A stretch of 63,643 nt of DNA, the filler included, from Octopus bimaculoides (Eukaryota): assembly GCF_001194135.2 (NCBI RefSeq). It is 4 parts of 4 records of this genome, joined end to end, with 100 filler letters (N's around TTAATTAATTAA, not from the genome) between each part and the next. Parts side by side here need not be neighbours in the genome. Positions count along the whole stretch, not along the records: positions 1 to 14,846 come from NC_068992.1; positions 14,947 to 33,430 come from NC_068991.1; 2 more parts are not named here. One strand, written 5' to 3'. Below, piece after piece: positions 11,976-23,550 of the stretch. Under the pieces are notes generated by a model, which was not told the origin of the DNA, did no database searches, and worked only from the letters and a program-made list of their open reading frames with translations. Numbering within the stretch: the first letter of the stretch is position 1; the number at the start of each line of letters is the position of its first letter. The position numbers were made by a program, and so were the translations under genes.

Positions 11976-13515
11976 TTAGTTCTTGGTGGTTGACTGTTGA
12001 TGTTGGTGTAAACATCAGTCGTAAGTTACGATTTTCTGCATCCAAAAGACTTAAAACTTAGATCTATTATAGTTGGTCCAGCATTCCCTACCCACCGTAT
12101 AAGCAATTTTATTGACATTGTTTTCAAACCACTATGTACCTACAAACTCACTTTCATCCAGGATGACATCGACTTCTTGTCTCATCTTCCCCAAAACAAC
12201 TGAAACAAATTCATTTCTACTTAGTTTTGATGTGGCAAGCCTTTACACCAATATTCTACATGATTTAGGAATGAAGGCGATTAAATACTGGGTAGAAAAA
12301 CAAAGAGAACTGATCCCCAATGGATTCATAGTGCCATTTATATATGACAGTCAAACGTATTCAGCAAAACAACACATTCTTCTTTAATGGAAAGAATTAC
12401 ATCCAAATTAAAGGGACAGCGGTGGAAACGAGGTTTGCTCCCGTTTACGCGAATTCTGTAATGGGATATTTAGAACAACAATAATACCAAGAAGTAGAGG
12501 AAAGCTATAGCACTGAATTTAGAAAGTATATTGAAAAGGCATGGAAGAAATAACTTTCGTAATCTGAACAGAGTTTCTAAATATTCTGGAAGAGGTCAAT
12601 ATCCTCCTGCACAACCTACACCCATCTCTCCAATTTACAAAGGAGATGCGTAGTACCAAATTACCATTCCTAGGTATAATGGTAATTAAAAAGGACACCA
12701 CCATTACCACAGATATATACTACAAACACACGGACACACATCAATACCTGAATTTTGAGTCGTGCCATCCACCACATACAAAACGCAACATCACATAGTG
12801 CATAACCAGAAGAAGTTTTGCTGTTGTAGAAGATGCGAATATCAGGAACAAATGCCTAACATACAACAACTTAGGACATCCCAAAGAAGAGGAAAACAAG
12901 AACAAGTCATACCATTTATAGTTACACACAGCCCATGTCACCAGAATATCTTCAACATTGTCAAAGCAAACCTACCAAAAATTGTTCAAAGTAATGAATT
13001 AAAAGATATAATCACAGATCGAGCTATGGTTCTAAATAAAAAAAGAACAGCCTAAAAACTTGAAAAAATATTTATAAAGGCAAAGTTTGCCCTTAGCAAC
13101 AAAAACCAATTATTCACTGTATCTAAATGAAATGATAGCCGATATGGCACATGCCGATTCATACATACCGCTCAATATATGAACACAAAAACCAGAAAAA
13201 TATTCACAAACGCAAATATGAACTACAGAAGTAGAAATTTAATTTACTGCATCAAATACCCGAATTGTGAAGAACTATATGTCGGTCAGACTGGTAATGC
13301 ACTATCAGAACCTTCTCTTGTACACCAAAGAGCAAATTAGAGACCCAGATGTCCGTCAGATACCTCTGAGTGACAATCTAGAAACATAAGTTCGGAGAAT
13401 ATTTATAATATTTCCATTCTATAAACTACACATTCCGAGTGAAACTGAGAGAAAAATCAGAGTAAAGAACTTTATTAATAAATTTCAACCCAAGCTAAAT
13501 AAACAATACTACTAA
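11976..13515 (+). pseudogene. Neptune-like Penelope element: RT and GIY-YIG, frameshifted
   Basis: FDVASLYTNI, YIQIKGTAVETRFAPVYAN, LPFLGIMV, YYKHTDTHQYLNFESCHPPHTKRNI, NLIYCIKYPNCEELYVGQTG, and a KNFINKFQPKLN end. Confidence 0.88.
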
Positions 13516-13583
13516 TACTAAAAAAAATGTCGGAAAAACACAAGAACAGGACAAAATGAGAAATACACAGAATAAAGAATTAT

Positions 13584-13651
13584 CTATGGACTGCAGTTTC
13601 GAGCATTAACGTTTTACTTACATAACGACATCCGTGTTCTCATCAGCACAG
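13584..13651 (-). ncRNA. Minimal hammerhead ribozyme with an intact core
   Basis: Minus strand reads CTGTG CTGATGA GAACA...TGCTC GAA ACTGCAGT C CATAG. Stem I is 5 bp with one GU pair; stem III is palindromic; cleavage triplet GUC. Confidence 0.8.
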
Positions 13652-14205
13652 CCGTTCTAGAATCAATATAATTTGCATAACTATAGACGAATTGTCTTTA
13701 TGAAATAAGATTGCATATAGTTCTACCGATTACATTGGGGCTATTTTTTCAAAATGCCTCAGCTCCGGCGCGCAAAACCGTTTTTTGTGAAATTGGTTTT
13801 GCGAAATTTTTCTGGAAAACATTATTTTTTCTTTGTTGTTGGGTCGTTGATGACCTCTTTGTAGCATATTGGATGTTCACCTAGTGGTCATTCCTTATAC
13901 ACGTGTAGCACAATTTTTTCTGAATTTTCAGATTTTTTATATGCTAGGCAACTTGATTTTAAATTGAATTAATATTCAATTTATCACCCTATCTATATAA
14001 ATAATCATTTGAATAGTTATGTTCTCCAGCCGGCAACATATGCTGCAGTGAATTATTCTCTGCAGAATTGTTTCCGGAATTTTGCGCGCCGGAGCTGAGG
14101 CATTTTGAAAAATAGCCACAATGTAATCGGTAGCACTATATGCAAGTCTTATTTCAAGAAGACAATTCGTGTATAGTTCTGCAAATTATATTGATTCTAG
14201 AACGT

Positions 14206-14273
14206 CTACGCTGAAGAGAATACGGATGTTGTTGCGTAAGTAAAACGTTAATGCTCGAAACTGCAGTCCATAG
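14206..14273 (+). ncRNA. Hammerhead ribozyme, sister copy of 13584-13651
   Basis: CTACG CTGAAGA GAATA...TGCTC GAA ACTGCAGT C CATAG; one stem I mismatch. Confidence 0.75.
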
Positions 14274-14522
14274 ATAATTCTTTATTCCGTGTATTTCTCA
14301 CTTTGGCCAAATTTTTCTGCAGAACATTATTTTTCTTTGTGGTTGAGTCGTTGATGACCTCTTTGTAGCATACTGGATGTCCAACTAGTGGTCATCGCTT
14401 ATACACTTGTAGTACAATTTTTTCTGAAATTTCAAATTTTTTTATATGCTAGGCCATTTGGTTTTAAATTCAATTAATATTTAATTTATCACCCTATCTA
14501 TATAAATGATATATATATACAT

Positions 14523-14590
14523 AGGCGCAGGTGTGGCTGTGTGCTAAGTAGCTTGTTTACCAACCACATGGCTCTGGGTTCATTCCCATC
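14523..14590 (+). mobile_element. SINE family A, tRNA-derived head fragment
   Basis: ggcgcaggtgtggctgtgtg.taagtagcttg..taccaaccacatgg..gggttca. Confidence 0.7.
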
Positions 14591-14890
14591 TGCAGATGCC
14601 AAACCAGCAGGGGGACACTGCTGACCTCCCCTGTTCGAAGGTTATAAAGGACACAGGTTTCGTGTGTCACATAGCTAGCTAGAGGCGATGGCTTCTTGGA
14701 GCTAATTCACGGCAGCTTTCGTCCTAATTTTGGGACTGCCATGTTGGCTTGGCGATAACTATTAATTTCCAGTACCGCTGTCGTAGTCTCCTTTAGAGAG
14801 ACTTAGAAATATTAATAACTCTCTCTCTCTCTCTCTCTCTCTCTCTNNNNNNNNNNNNNNNNNNNNNNNNNNNNNNNNNNNNNNNNNNNN

Positions 14891-14902
14891 TTAATTAATT
14901 AA
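14891..14902. other. Assembly gap pad: TTAATTAATTAA between N runs (also 33475-33486 and 56278-56289)
   Basis: Identical 12-mer, each preceded by 44 N and centred in a 100-bp gap; artificial. Confidence 0.9.
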
Positions 14903-15020
14903 NNNNNNNNNNNNNNNNNNNNNNNNNNNNNNNNNNNNNNNNNNNNTACATATAGAAGCGCATACACTTACACGTATATATATTTATAGTTAAACATAAG
15001 AATGCCCATACTCCCTCTCC

Positions 15021-15061
<41 letters not shown>

Positions 15062-15764
15062 GCAAAAGCACACGCCCACACATAAACACTCACATACACA
15101 CATGTACATACATACACATACAGACGCGCATATGTATATATAGGGAGAGGGGGAGTTGGAGAGAGATAGAGAGATACATACATACATACGTGTATATACA
15201 CGTACACACAAACACACGTATATGCACATATTCATAGTTAAACCTGCAAACGCACATGCGGTCTTCGCCTTCTTTCTCATGCACAAACACACACACCCAC
15301 ATATAAGCACATACACACACACATACACACATCCACTCTCATACATACGCAATCATAATAAACTATCAACTGACTGACTGTTATCCATTACATGAGCGGC
15401 GAAGTAAACGATGCCAGAACCCATATGATGTAGAAACAGTATGAAAGAACACTGACTACAATCACAGCAAACTACCAAAACACACTACATAACAGATAAG
15501 GTTGAGAGGTGACACATAAGACTGAACTCACCAAAGACTGAAATCCACGTCAGTTGAAATTCTCGTTCTTAGAAATTCTTTGAGGTTTGGAGATGTCACA
15601 AGAAATAACTACGTCGATATGTAAGTAAACAGTCCCTTAATATCAACAAGTTTATTCCAAACTTATAACTTAACATATATTTTCTTTTTCTTTCTTGACT
15701 TAGCATCTTTTTGCTTTATTTTTCTTTCTTCTATCAACGATTTGTGTGTCTTCTGGAATACATT

Positions 15765-15990
15765 TCAGGCTTCGATTTTTATACATTATTTACACATTTA
15801 CTGTTGACGGATATGTGTCATCAGGTGTCTTGGGGAAATTTCGAATCTGGGTTCTCATTCCTAAGGTATTTTTCGATGTTGTTGTTGTTGTTGTTGTTAT
15901 TATTATTATAGTCACTGCCTGGAATCGAACTTGGAATCTTGGGGTTAGTAGCCCGGGCTCTTAACCACTACGCCATATACCCGTGGGCAT
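15765..15990 (-). mobile_element. Second tRNA-head/(AAT,AAC)n/HHR unit, with the HHR 3' half deleted
   Basis: Reverse complement reads ggcgtagtggttaagagcccgggctactaaccccaagattccaagttcgattcc...caagacacCTGATGA, then jumps to cacatatccgtc. Confidence 0.85.
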
Positions 15991-16542
15991 TTTTATAATT
16001 TGCNNNNNNNNNNNNNNNNNNNNNNNNNNNNNNNNNNNNNNNNNNNNNNNNNNNNNNNNNNNNNNNNNNNNNNNNNNNNNNNNNNNNNNNNNNNNNNNNN
16101 NNNNNNNNNNNNNNNNNNNNNNNNNNNNNNNNNNNNNNNNNNNNNNNNNNNNNNNNNNNNNNNNNNNNNNNNNNNNNNNNNNNNNNNNNNNNNNNNNNNN
16201 NNNNNNNNNNNNNNNNNNNNNNNNNNNNNNNNNNNNNNNNNNNNNNNNNNNNNNNNNNNNNNNNNNNNNNNNNNNNNNNNNNNNNNNNNNNNNNNNNNNN
16301 NNNNNNNNNNNNNNNNNNNNNNNNNNNNNNNNNNNNNNNNNNNNNNNNNNNNNNNNNNNNNNNNNNNNNNNNNNNNNNNNNNNNNNNNNNNNNNNNNNNN
16401 NNNNNNNNNNNNNNNNNNNNNNNNNNNNNNNNNNNNNNNNNNNNNNNNNNNNNNNNNNNNNNNNNNNNNNNNNNNNNNNNNNNNNNNNNNNNNNNNNNNN
16501 NNNNNNNNNNNNNNNNNNNNNNNNNNNNNNNNATATATAATA

Positions 16543-16690
16543 GGCGCGGGACTAACTGTGTGATAAGTAGCTTGCTTATCAACCACATGGTTCTGGGTTC
16601 AGTCCCACTGCGTGGCACCTTCGGCAAATGCCTTCTACTATAGCTTCGGGCCGACCAAAGTAGATGGAAATTGAAAGAAGTCCATCGTAT
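16543..16690 (+). mobile_element. SINE family A, 5' half
   Basis: tRNA-like head, then gggttcagtcccactgcgtggcacctt.ggcaa (CORE-like). Confidence 0.8.
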
Positions 16691-16697
16691 ACAAATA

Positions 16698-16732
<35 letters not shown>

Positions 16733-17513
16733 ACCCTTTTATACGCTTCAGCCCGAGGGTTCTTGCCATGCTGGAGAACCATGTATGTATGTATGTTTAT
16801 ATACATAGAGAGAGAGGGGGGTTGTATGTGGCATTGTCACCTCACTGCGTGTAGGTTTGTTTGCTCCCTGTAACTTAATAGTTTGGCAAAAGTAACCTTT
16901 TTGAATGAGTACCTGACTTAAATATTAGTACTCTCGCTAATTTGTTCGGTTAAACACATCGAGGCGGAGCCCTAACGTGGCTGCAGTTTAATGACTGAAA
17001 CGAATAAAATATAAAATATTTCCTTCCACCGGTTAATTTATAGTTTACTTTGTTAGCCTCTTGTTTTCCTAAACTTATCTTTGAGGGCCCATTTAGCCTG
17101 TATGCAGAGAAGTGATTCGTAGAACATATGTTAATGTCCACACACAAGCCGGACTGTGCGTGTGATATATTTGGGGACCAGCCCCATCCAAATCCTGTAC
17201 GCCTTAACCACAGCCCTATCTATTGGTATTTGGCCCACAACTGACGCACTGACGCCCTCGACAGGGTTTATCACTCGAGACCTGAGTGAGCCTGGAGGTA
17301 GTAACAACTAAGGGTTTATTCCATGCCCTAAAGAAACACCTGAATGACAACACCGAATGCCTTGTTCGCTGGGATCGAACACAGAATTTTAAGATTGCAA
17401 GGGAAAATGTTAATCACTTAGACATGTCTGTTCACACTTGTGCAACACTCATGCATACATTCATATACACATACATACATACATACATGCATATATATAC
17501 ATACATACATACA

Positions 17514-17546
<33 letters not shown>

Positions 17547-17559
17547 CGTGTACTCCCAT

Positions 17560-17870
17560 CGGAGTGACGAGGACCATGTAGTCATCCTTAAGGATGACTG
17601 ATGACTTGCGAGGCGATGACTTTGTTTAAAGTGAAGATGGGTTGCGTACCGTTAACCTCACTCTCTCGTCCGAGACCATCTTTGATCCATTGGCAAGACC
17701 CGTCCAGACGACTGCGGATGGAGACAGAGACAGTAGATGACCAAGATGTCTTACTTGCCTCATTTTGCTCTCTCCACTTTATAATGCATTGCTGCAGCCA
17801 TCTTCCACTCCGTTGAACCATGAAGGTTTCTGTAGTAGAGTCCGCCGGGTCTAGTCTTAACACGCATAGG
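17560..17870 (-). mobile_element. 3' end of an RTE/BovB-like LINE
   Basis: Decayed C-terminal peptide SKMRQVRHLGHLLSLSPSAV. The 3' UTR contains a perfect 20-bp palindrome at 17580-17599 and runs into (TATG)n. Confidence 0.5.
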
Positions 17871-17939
17871 TAGATAGGCCCTAATATACTTATTAACCCA
17901 TAATTGGAACTCTAACAGATGCCATTTCTCTGGTCAGAA

Positions 17940-19161
17940 TGAGTGTAGGACAAAAGCCCCTTAAGACAAAAGCCCCCTAAAACAAAAGCCCTATGGCTAT
18001 ATTTTTTGATTATTTTTTTCGGTTTTTTTTTTGTTTTTTTCCACCTTTTACTTGTTTCAGCCATTAGACTAAGGCCATGCTGGGGCACCGCCTTGAAGAA
18101 TTTTTAGTTGAACGTATCGACCCCAGAATTTTTTTCCTTTTTACTTGTTGTAATTATTAGACTGCGGCCATGCTGGGGCACCACCTTGAAATATTTTTAG
18201 TCGAATGTATCGGTGTTAGAATTTTTTATTTGTACTTGTTGCAGTTATTAGACTGCGGCCATGTTGGGACACCACCTTGAAGAATTTTTATTCGAATATA
18301 ACGACCCCAGAATTTTTTTAATAAATTTTCAACCAGCGCATGAAGTTAAGCATAGAAGGTACTTAGAAATTGGAATTTTGGAAAATATTTTTTTTTACAA
18401 CCNNNNNNNNNNNNNNNNNNNNNNNNNNNNNNNNNNNNNNNNNNNNNNNNNNNNNNNNNNNNNNNNNNNNNNNNNNNNNNNNNNNNNNNNNNNNNNNNNN
18501 NNNNNNNNNNNNNNNNNNNNNNNNNNNNNNNNNNNNNNNNNNNNNNNNNNNNNNNNNNNNNNNNNNNNNNNNNNNNNNNNNNNNNNNNNNNNNNNNNNNN
18601 NNNNNNNNNNNNNNNNNNNNNNNNNNNNNNNNNNNNNNNNNNNNNNNNNNNNNNAAGAAAATATAAAAAAAAACGAAGAATATCCAAAAAATATAACCGA
18701 GGTGGGGAGGTTATTAAAAACTTTCAGAAGTTTTGGTTGTTATTTTTAGCATGTCAAGAAACCTTCTAAACTTAACATCTAAAAGCATTCTGGGGTCGTT
18801 AAAATCGACTAAAGTTTCCTTAAGGTAGTGCCCCAGCATAGCCGCAGTCTGATGACCCGCAAAAAGTAAAAAGAAAAACAAAAATATCACAGAAATAGCT
18901 CTGATCAAGCTTTAAAAAAATTCTGGGTTCCATACAGCCATCTAAAAATTCTTCAACGGTGCCCTAGCATGGCCGGCCGCAGTCTAATAACTGCGACAAA
19001 TAAAAAAGAAAAAAATTCTAGGTCGATATATTCAGCTAAAAATTATGAAAACGAAAAAATAACCGGAAAATATAACCGTGGGGATTTTGTCCTAGGGATC
19101 TTTTGTCCTAGGGGGCTTTTGTCCGAGGGTCTTTTACCCTAAGGGGCTTTTGGCCGGATCC
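17940..19161. mobile_element. Mutator/Foldback-like element with a 9-bp TSD
   Basis: TGGTCAGAA at 17931-17939 and 19162-19170. Both termini carry arrays of (GG)ACAAAAGCCCC in inverted orientation, and the whole element is an imperfect palindrome. Confidence 0.8.
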
Positions 19162-19525
19162 TGGTCAGAAAAGACCTGGGAACAATAGTGGCTAAGTAGT
19201 TCCATACTCCTCAAAACACTGCAACTCCAGAACCAGGGCCCACAACAAGACAATTCAAAGTCATAAATAACACACATACACATACATACATACATACATA
19301 CATACATACATACATACATAGTAGAAATAATTGATACGGAAGACAGTGAATACTTTAAACTTTATTTATCACAATGATCGTTTCTGTATGTTCTGCACCG
19401 CTCCCTAATGGGTGGGGAGCAATATAATGAATTCAAATGCATCTCACAGAGAAGTGCCTCTTCATGTGACGTAATATTATATACATGTATATACATTATA
19501 TACATATATATATATACATATTATA

Positions 19526-19574
<49 letters not shown>

Positions 19575-19664
19575 GAGAATTTACGAAAAAAACAACAACA
19601 GACTAGGACAGGTGGTGTAAACAACAAAAGGATGTATTAGTTTAACGCTCGGGAATAGAGAAAG

Positions 19665-19701
19665 TCTTTAACGTTTCGAGCTACGCTCTTCAACAGAAAG
19701 A
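19665..19701 (-). ncRNA. Minimal hammerhead-like motif with variant core CUGUUGA
   Basis: Minus strand reads TCTTT CTGTTGA A GAGC GTA GCTC GAA ACGT T AAAGA; stems I and II pair perfectly. Confidence 0.65.
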
Positions 19702-19834
19702 AATAAGGAGAAAAACAAGGAGAAAAACAAGGAGAAAAAAATATAAATTGTAGTGGTCAGCGATCTATCATGGCGAATGCCGGACAGAAAGTTCACACAG
19801 GAGAGCTAAGAAAAAGGGGCGATAACAAAGGGGA

Positions 19835-19969
19835 ATGCTTAGCAGCATTTCGTCTGTCTTTACGTTCTGAGTCCAAATTCGCTGAGGTCGGCTTTGCCTT
19901 TCCTCTTTTCAAGGTCTATAAATAAGTACCAGTTGAGTCTTGGAGACGATGTAATTGTCTTACCCGCTC
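19835..19969 (+). mobile_element. SINE family B
   Basis: atgcttagcagcatttcgtctgtctttacgttctgagt.caaattc...gaggtcg.ctttgcctt. Confidence 0.8.
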
Positions 19970-21090
19970 NNNNNNNNNNNNNNNNNNNNNNNNNNNNNNN
20001 NNNNNNNNNNNNNNNNNNNNNNNNNNNNNNNNNNNNNNNNNNNNNNNNNNNNNNNNNNNNNNNNNNNNNNNNNNNNNNNNNNNNNNNNNNNNNNNNNNNN
20101 NNNNNNNNNNNNNNNNNNNNNNNNNNNNNNNNNNNNNNNNNNNNNNNNNNNNNNNNNNNNNNNNNNNNNNNNNNNNNNNNNNNNNNNNNNNNNNNNNNNN
20201 NNNNNNNNNNNNNNNNNNNNNNNNNNNNNNNNNNNNNNNNNNNNNNNNNNNNNNNNNNNNNNNNNNNNNNNNNNNNNNNNNNNNNNNNNNNNNNNNNNNN
20301 NNNNNNNNNNNNNNNNNNNNNNNNNNNNNNNNNNNNNNNNNNNNNNNNNNNNNNNNNNNNNNNNNNNNNNNNNNNNNNNNNNNNNNNNNNNNNNNNNNNN
20401 NNNNNNNNNNNNNNNNNNNNNNNNNNNNNNNNNNNNNNNNNNNNNNNNNNNGTGTGTGTGTGTACGCGTGCGTGTTGCGCGTGTGTGTATGTGCGTGTGT
20501 GTGTAAACGACAAAAAATGATTTGTCTCTGGCAGAAGGAAACTGACGAAAAACGATAGAGAGAAACTATTTGAAAGTGACAGAAGAAACCTACTAATTTT
20601 ACAGGCATCACGAAAATCTTACCTGTATAAAAGCCGAACTAGGTCACCGAAATAAAGAGTTAAATACAGCATATCTAGAATTCAACTCTATTTGACCTTA
20701 GTTAATGGTGAATTTGGCAGGTTAAACAATTTGAGAACAAATGAAAATAATGTGAAGAACGTGAATTATGTACACTTGTGGGTAGGAAGGTTTGTAAGAT
20801 GGACAGATACACTCGCGCACATAAATATGTCCGTCGCATGCGCGCGTACGGTGATACCTCGGTTAGCGTTCTCGATATGTGCTTAAAATATGTAGCGCTA
20901 AACGAGGTACTTGCAACATCATGAATATAATTACGAGATTGCGATTTTTAAAAAAGCGATATGGACTCAAATGGAGGTAGCAGAATCACTAAACACATGA
21001 AACATCCAGATAATCGCACCCTCCAAGCATCCAATAACTCTCACAAGACAACCTCTCACAATGCGATATTGTTAATTGTGATCGAAAGTT

Positions 21091-22316
21091 TTAATAAAAT
21101 GAAAAAGTAGGTTTAATTTAGGACTAATTAAGTTGAAAAGAAAACCTTGTCGTATTCTTGATGTGGTCGCTTTGAGGGTACTTTTCAATAAACATTCATT
21201 TTTGCATTCGAATGTTTTGGGTTTTTTCATTTTCTTTCTTTGCAGATTACTTTATATCACAGGGTAAAATTTGTATCGATTTTACCCTTTTAATATGAGT
21301 ATGGATCAGACCTATATCATACTGTATGAATTCAAGAGGCGTACTTCAGCAATGAAAGCTGCAAAAATTATTCGTTTTCCTTATGGAAATAAAACTTTGA
21401 GTGTCTGGACATGCCAACGATCGTTTGGCCAGTTTCGCTGGGAAAATTTCGCAAATTTTTCTTGATTTGGACGGCCAAATTCTGTCATTATTGAGCTTCT
21501 GAAAACCGTAGATGTCGTAAATTTAAAGCAAACTACACGAGAATTTACAAAGAAATTTGATTCGAGCCACACTTTGATCATAAAACACTTCAACCAAGAA
21601 AAACTTGGTCATCTGATCCCTTAACGTACGACTTGCTCTCGGCTTAAACAAAGAATTGTTCCCTGTCATTGAAGAGTAAACTTACAAGCAAACCTTGTCT
21701 GGCTTTAATCATCACGGGTAATGAAAAGTAGGTTCTCTATAATCGTATCCATTGAAATGACAATGGTCAGCACCTAGTGAGAAAAGGAGAAATCATCCCC
21801 AAACCAGAACTGCACAGAAACGAAGTTATGCTCTGTGTTTGGTGGGATATAAAAGGTGTCATCTATATGGAGTGTTAAACCAAAACGAAACATTTAATGC
21901 GGAGAACTATTATCGTCAATTAGAAGCTTTTCACAAAAGTTTACAAAAAAGCACCCATCATTGGTCAGACATATAGTCCAAGTGACTCAGGAAAAAATAT
22001 GGCACTAAATAGGGAAGTTTGGCCTCGTCTTCCTTATGCTCCTGGCCTTGCACCATCTGACTGCTATGGTCGCAACATTATTTAGAGGGAAACAGTTCAT
22101 TAATTGTGTAGAAGCTTAACATGATATTAAGTGATTCTTTGCTTCAAAAGCTGAAGAACTTTACGACCGGAGAATCAACAATCTTCCAGATAGATGGGCT
22201 TATGTTGTCAATAATAAGGAGGAACATTATCTCAATTAAATATATTTTAGAGTAAAGAAGCATATGTTTCTTTTCTTACTTGAAATGCAATAGAACTTCC
22301 TTTCCATTTTAATATA
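21091..22316 (+). pseudogene. Near full-length decayed mariner transposon
   Basis: ILYEFKRR N-terminus, ITGNEK, VMLCVWWDIKG, PYAPGLAPSD (the YSPDLAPSD motif), INNLPDRW. Degenerate TIRs at about 21091-21120 and 22285-22316; length about 1.2 kb. Confidence 0.9.
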
Positions 22317-22799
22317 AAATTATCAAACAGCTTAAATCAATCAGTTTTAATGTTCGCCAGTAATTCAGTTGAAAAGTATCAGTGAGAAATTTAGGCAGAC
22401 AATGGTATCTCTAAAATGAGAGAGGATGGAAGCTTTGTAAGTTGCCATGGTTTAAATCGATCACAAATCAATCTCTGCTCGTTGTGAATGTCTTAGAATT
22501 ATCTCCTCCTTGTATCTGAAGATGTTCCCTTGCTCCTTCTACAATAAGTGGTCAAATGCAATATTGCATTGCGTTTTGTCTTCCACCAATATAGTAAGAG
22601 TATCTTCTTTTGCTGATAAGAACGAGAACGTCATGACAGAAACCTATATCTAACATGACGTACAAATCGTTCATGTGATCAAATTCAACGATTTGCTTAT
22701 ATATACCCGACAGTTGCCAACTTCCAATCGCCTCAACATTGATAGTTTTACATTCAGTGTCATGTTGTTCCACCTCACCTTAGTTTTGCAGACTGCTTT

Positions 22800-23550
22800 C
22801 TATTTATGATGAGTAAAATGTGTGCGTATGTGTCTGAGTGTGCAAAAGACGGGCAAGGTCTGATACAGATTGGTACTAGTGTCTGTCGTCGCAGGTGTTG
22901 TTGTCAGAATCCAAAGAGTTGGAACAGATACTACAAAGCATATAAGTCCATTCTCTAACAATATTGCATCAAGTTTTGTCAAAAGCTTGGTGACATTCAA
23001 GCTCAAACCATTCAGATGTCTCAGTAAGCCTTTGACGATGATGCCATCGACACCCAGGAGCGATACAACCGCTTCAAACATGGCCGCACCTCACTGCAAG
23101 TTACTCACGAAATGGGAACAAGCACAGGATCAGTGCAGTCCGTTTTAACGGAGGGTTTGTGCATACGGAGATTGTCGGCGAAAAAATGGAGTTGGATACT
23201 TTTTGAATGCATCTCGTAATCTAAGTTTTCATGATCAAAAACAACACACCACTTGTTCAACAAGCTCCTTACTCTCCCTATTTGGTACCGTGTGACTTCT
23301 GGCTCTTCCCCAAACTGAAAACCACGCTGAAAGGGAAGTGATTTGAATCGCGAGAGGAAATTATGAGAAAAGCGATGACGGAGCTCCATACCATTCCAGA
23401 GAAAGCGCTCAAGACGTATTACTAGCAGTAACAGAACCGCAAGGAGAAGTGTGTGGACTCCCAAAGAAAGTATTTTGAAGGTTATTAAATAAAGTTTGTG
23501 ATATGTACATTTTTTTATGCCCAAAGGTCGGATACTCTTTGAACGCACGT
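22800..23550 (+). pseudogene. Internally deleted mariner (irritans-like)
   Basis: YCIKFCQKLGDIQAQTI..YNRFKHGRTS, then APYSPYLVPCDFWLFPKLKTTLKG. Confidence 0.85.

Larger units (their letters stand above)
13549..14507. repeat. Composite repeat: inverted pair (13549-13780 / 14085-14308) and direct pair (13804-14003 / 14309-14507)
   Basis: Aligned by eye. Each inverted arm holds an HHR; each direct copy ends in atcaccctatctatata. Confidence 0.85.

Noticed and set aside
14604-14618. CTCF-like CCAGCAGGGGGACAC and a nearby TATAAA (possible LTR)
   Set aside because: Imperfect single motif; no second LTR, primer-binding site or internal ORF.
14891-14902. Recurrent TTAATTAATTAA inside N runs (three places)
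   Set aside because: Always centred in a 100-bp gap; it is an artificial scaffolding pad, not biology.
15968-16627. Long ORFs in the track spanning N runs or microsatellites (poly-X, HT/CV/IY repeats)
   Set aside because: Artefacts of gaps and simple repeats.
22430-22790. Possible RTE reverse-transcriptase C-terminal remnant on the minus strand
   Set aside because: Only a vague resemblance, with no diagnostic motif.
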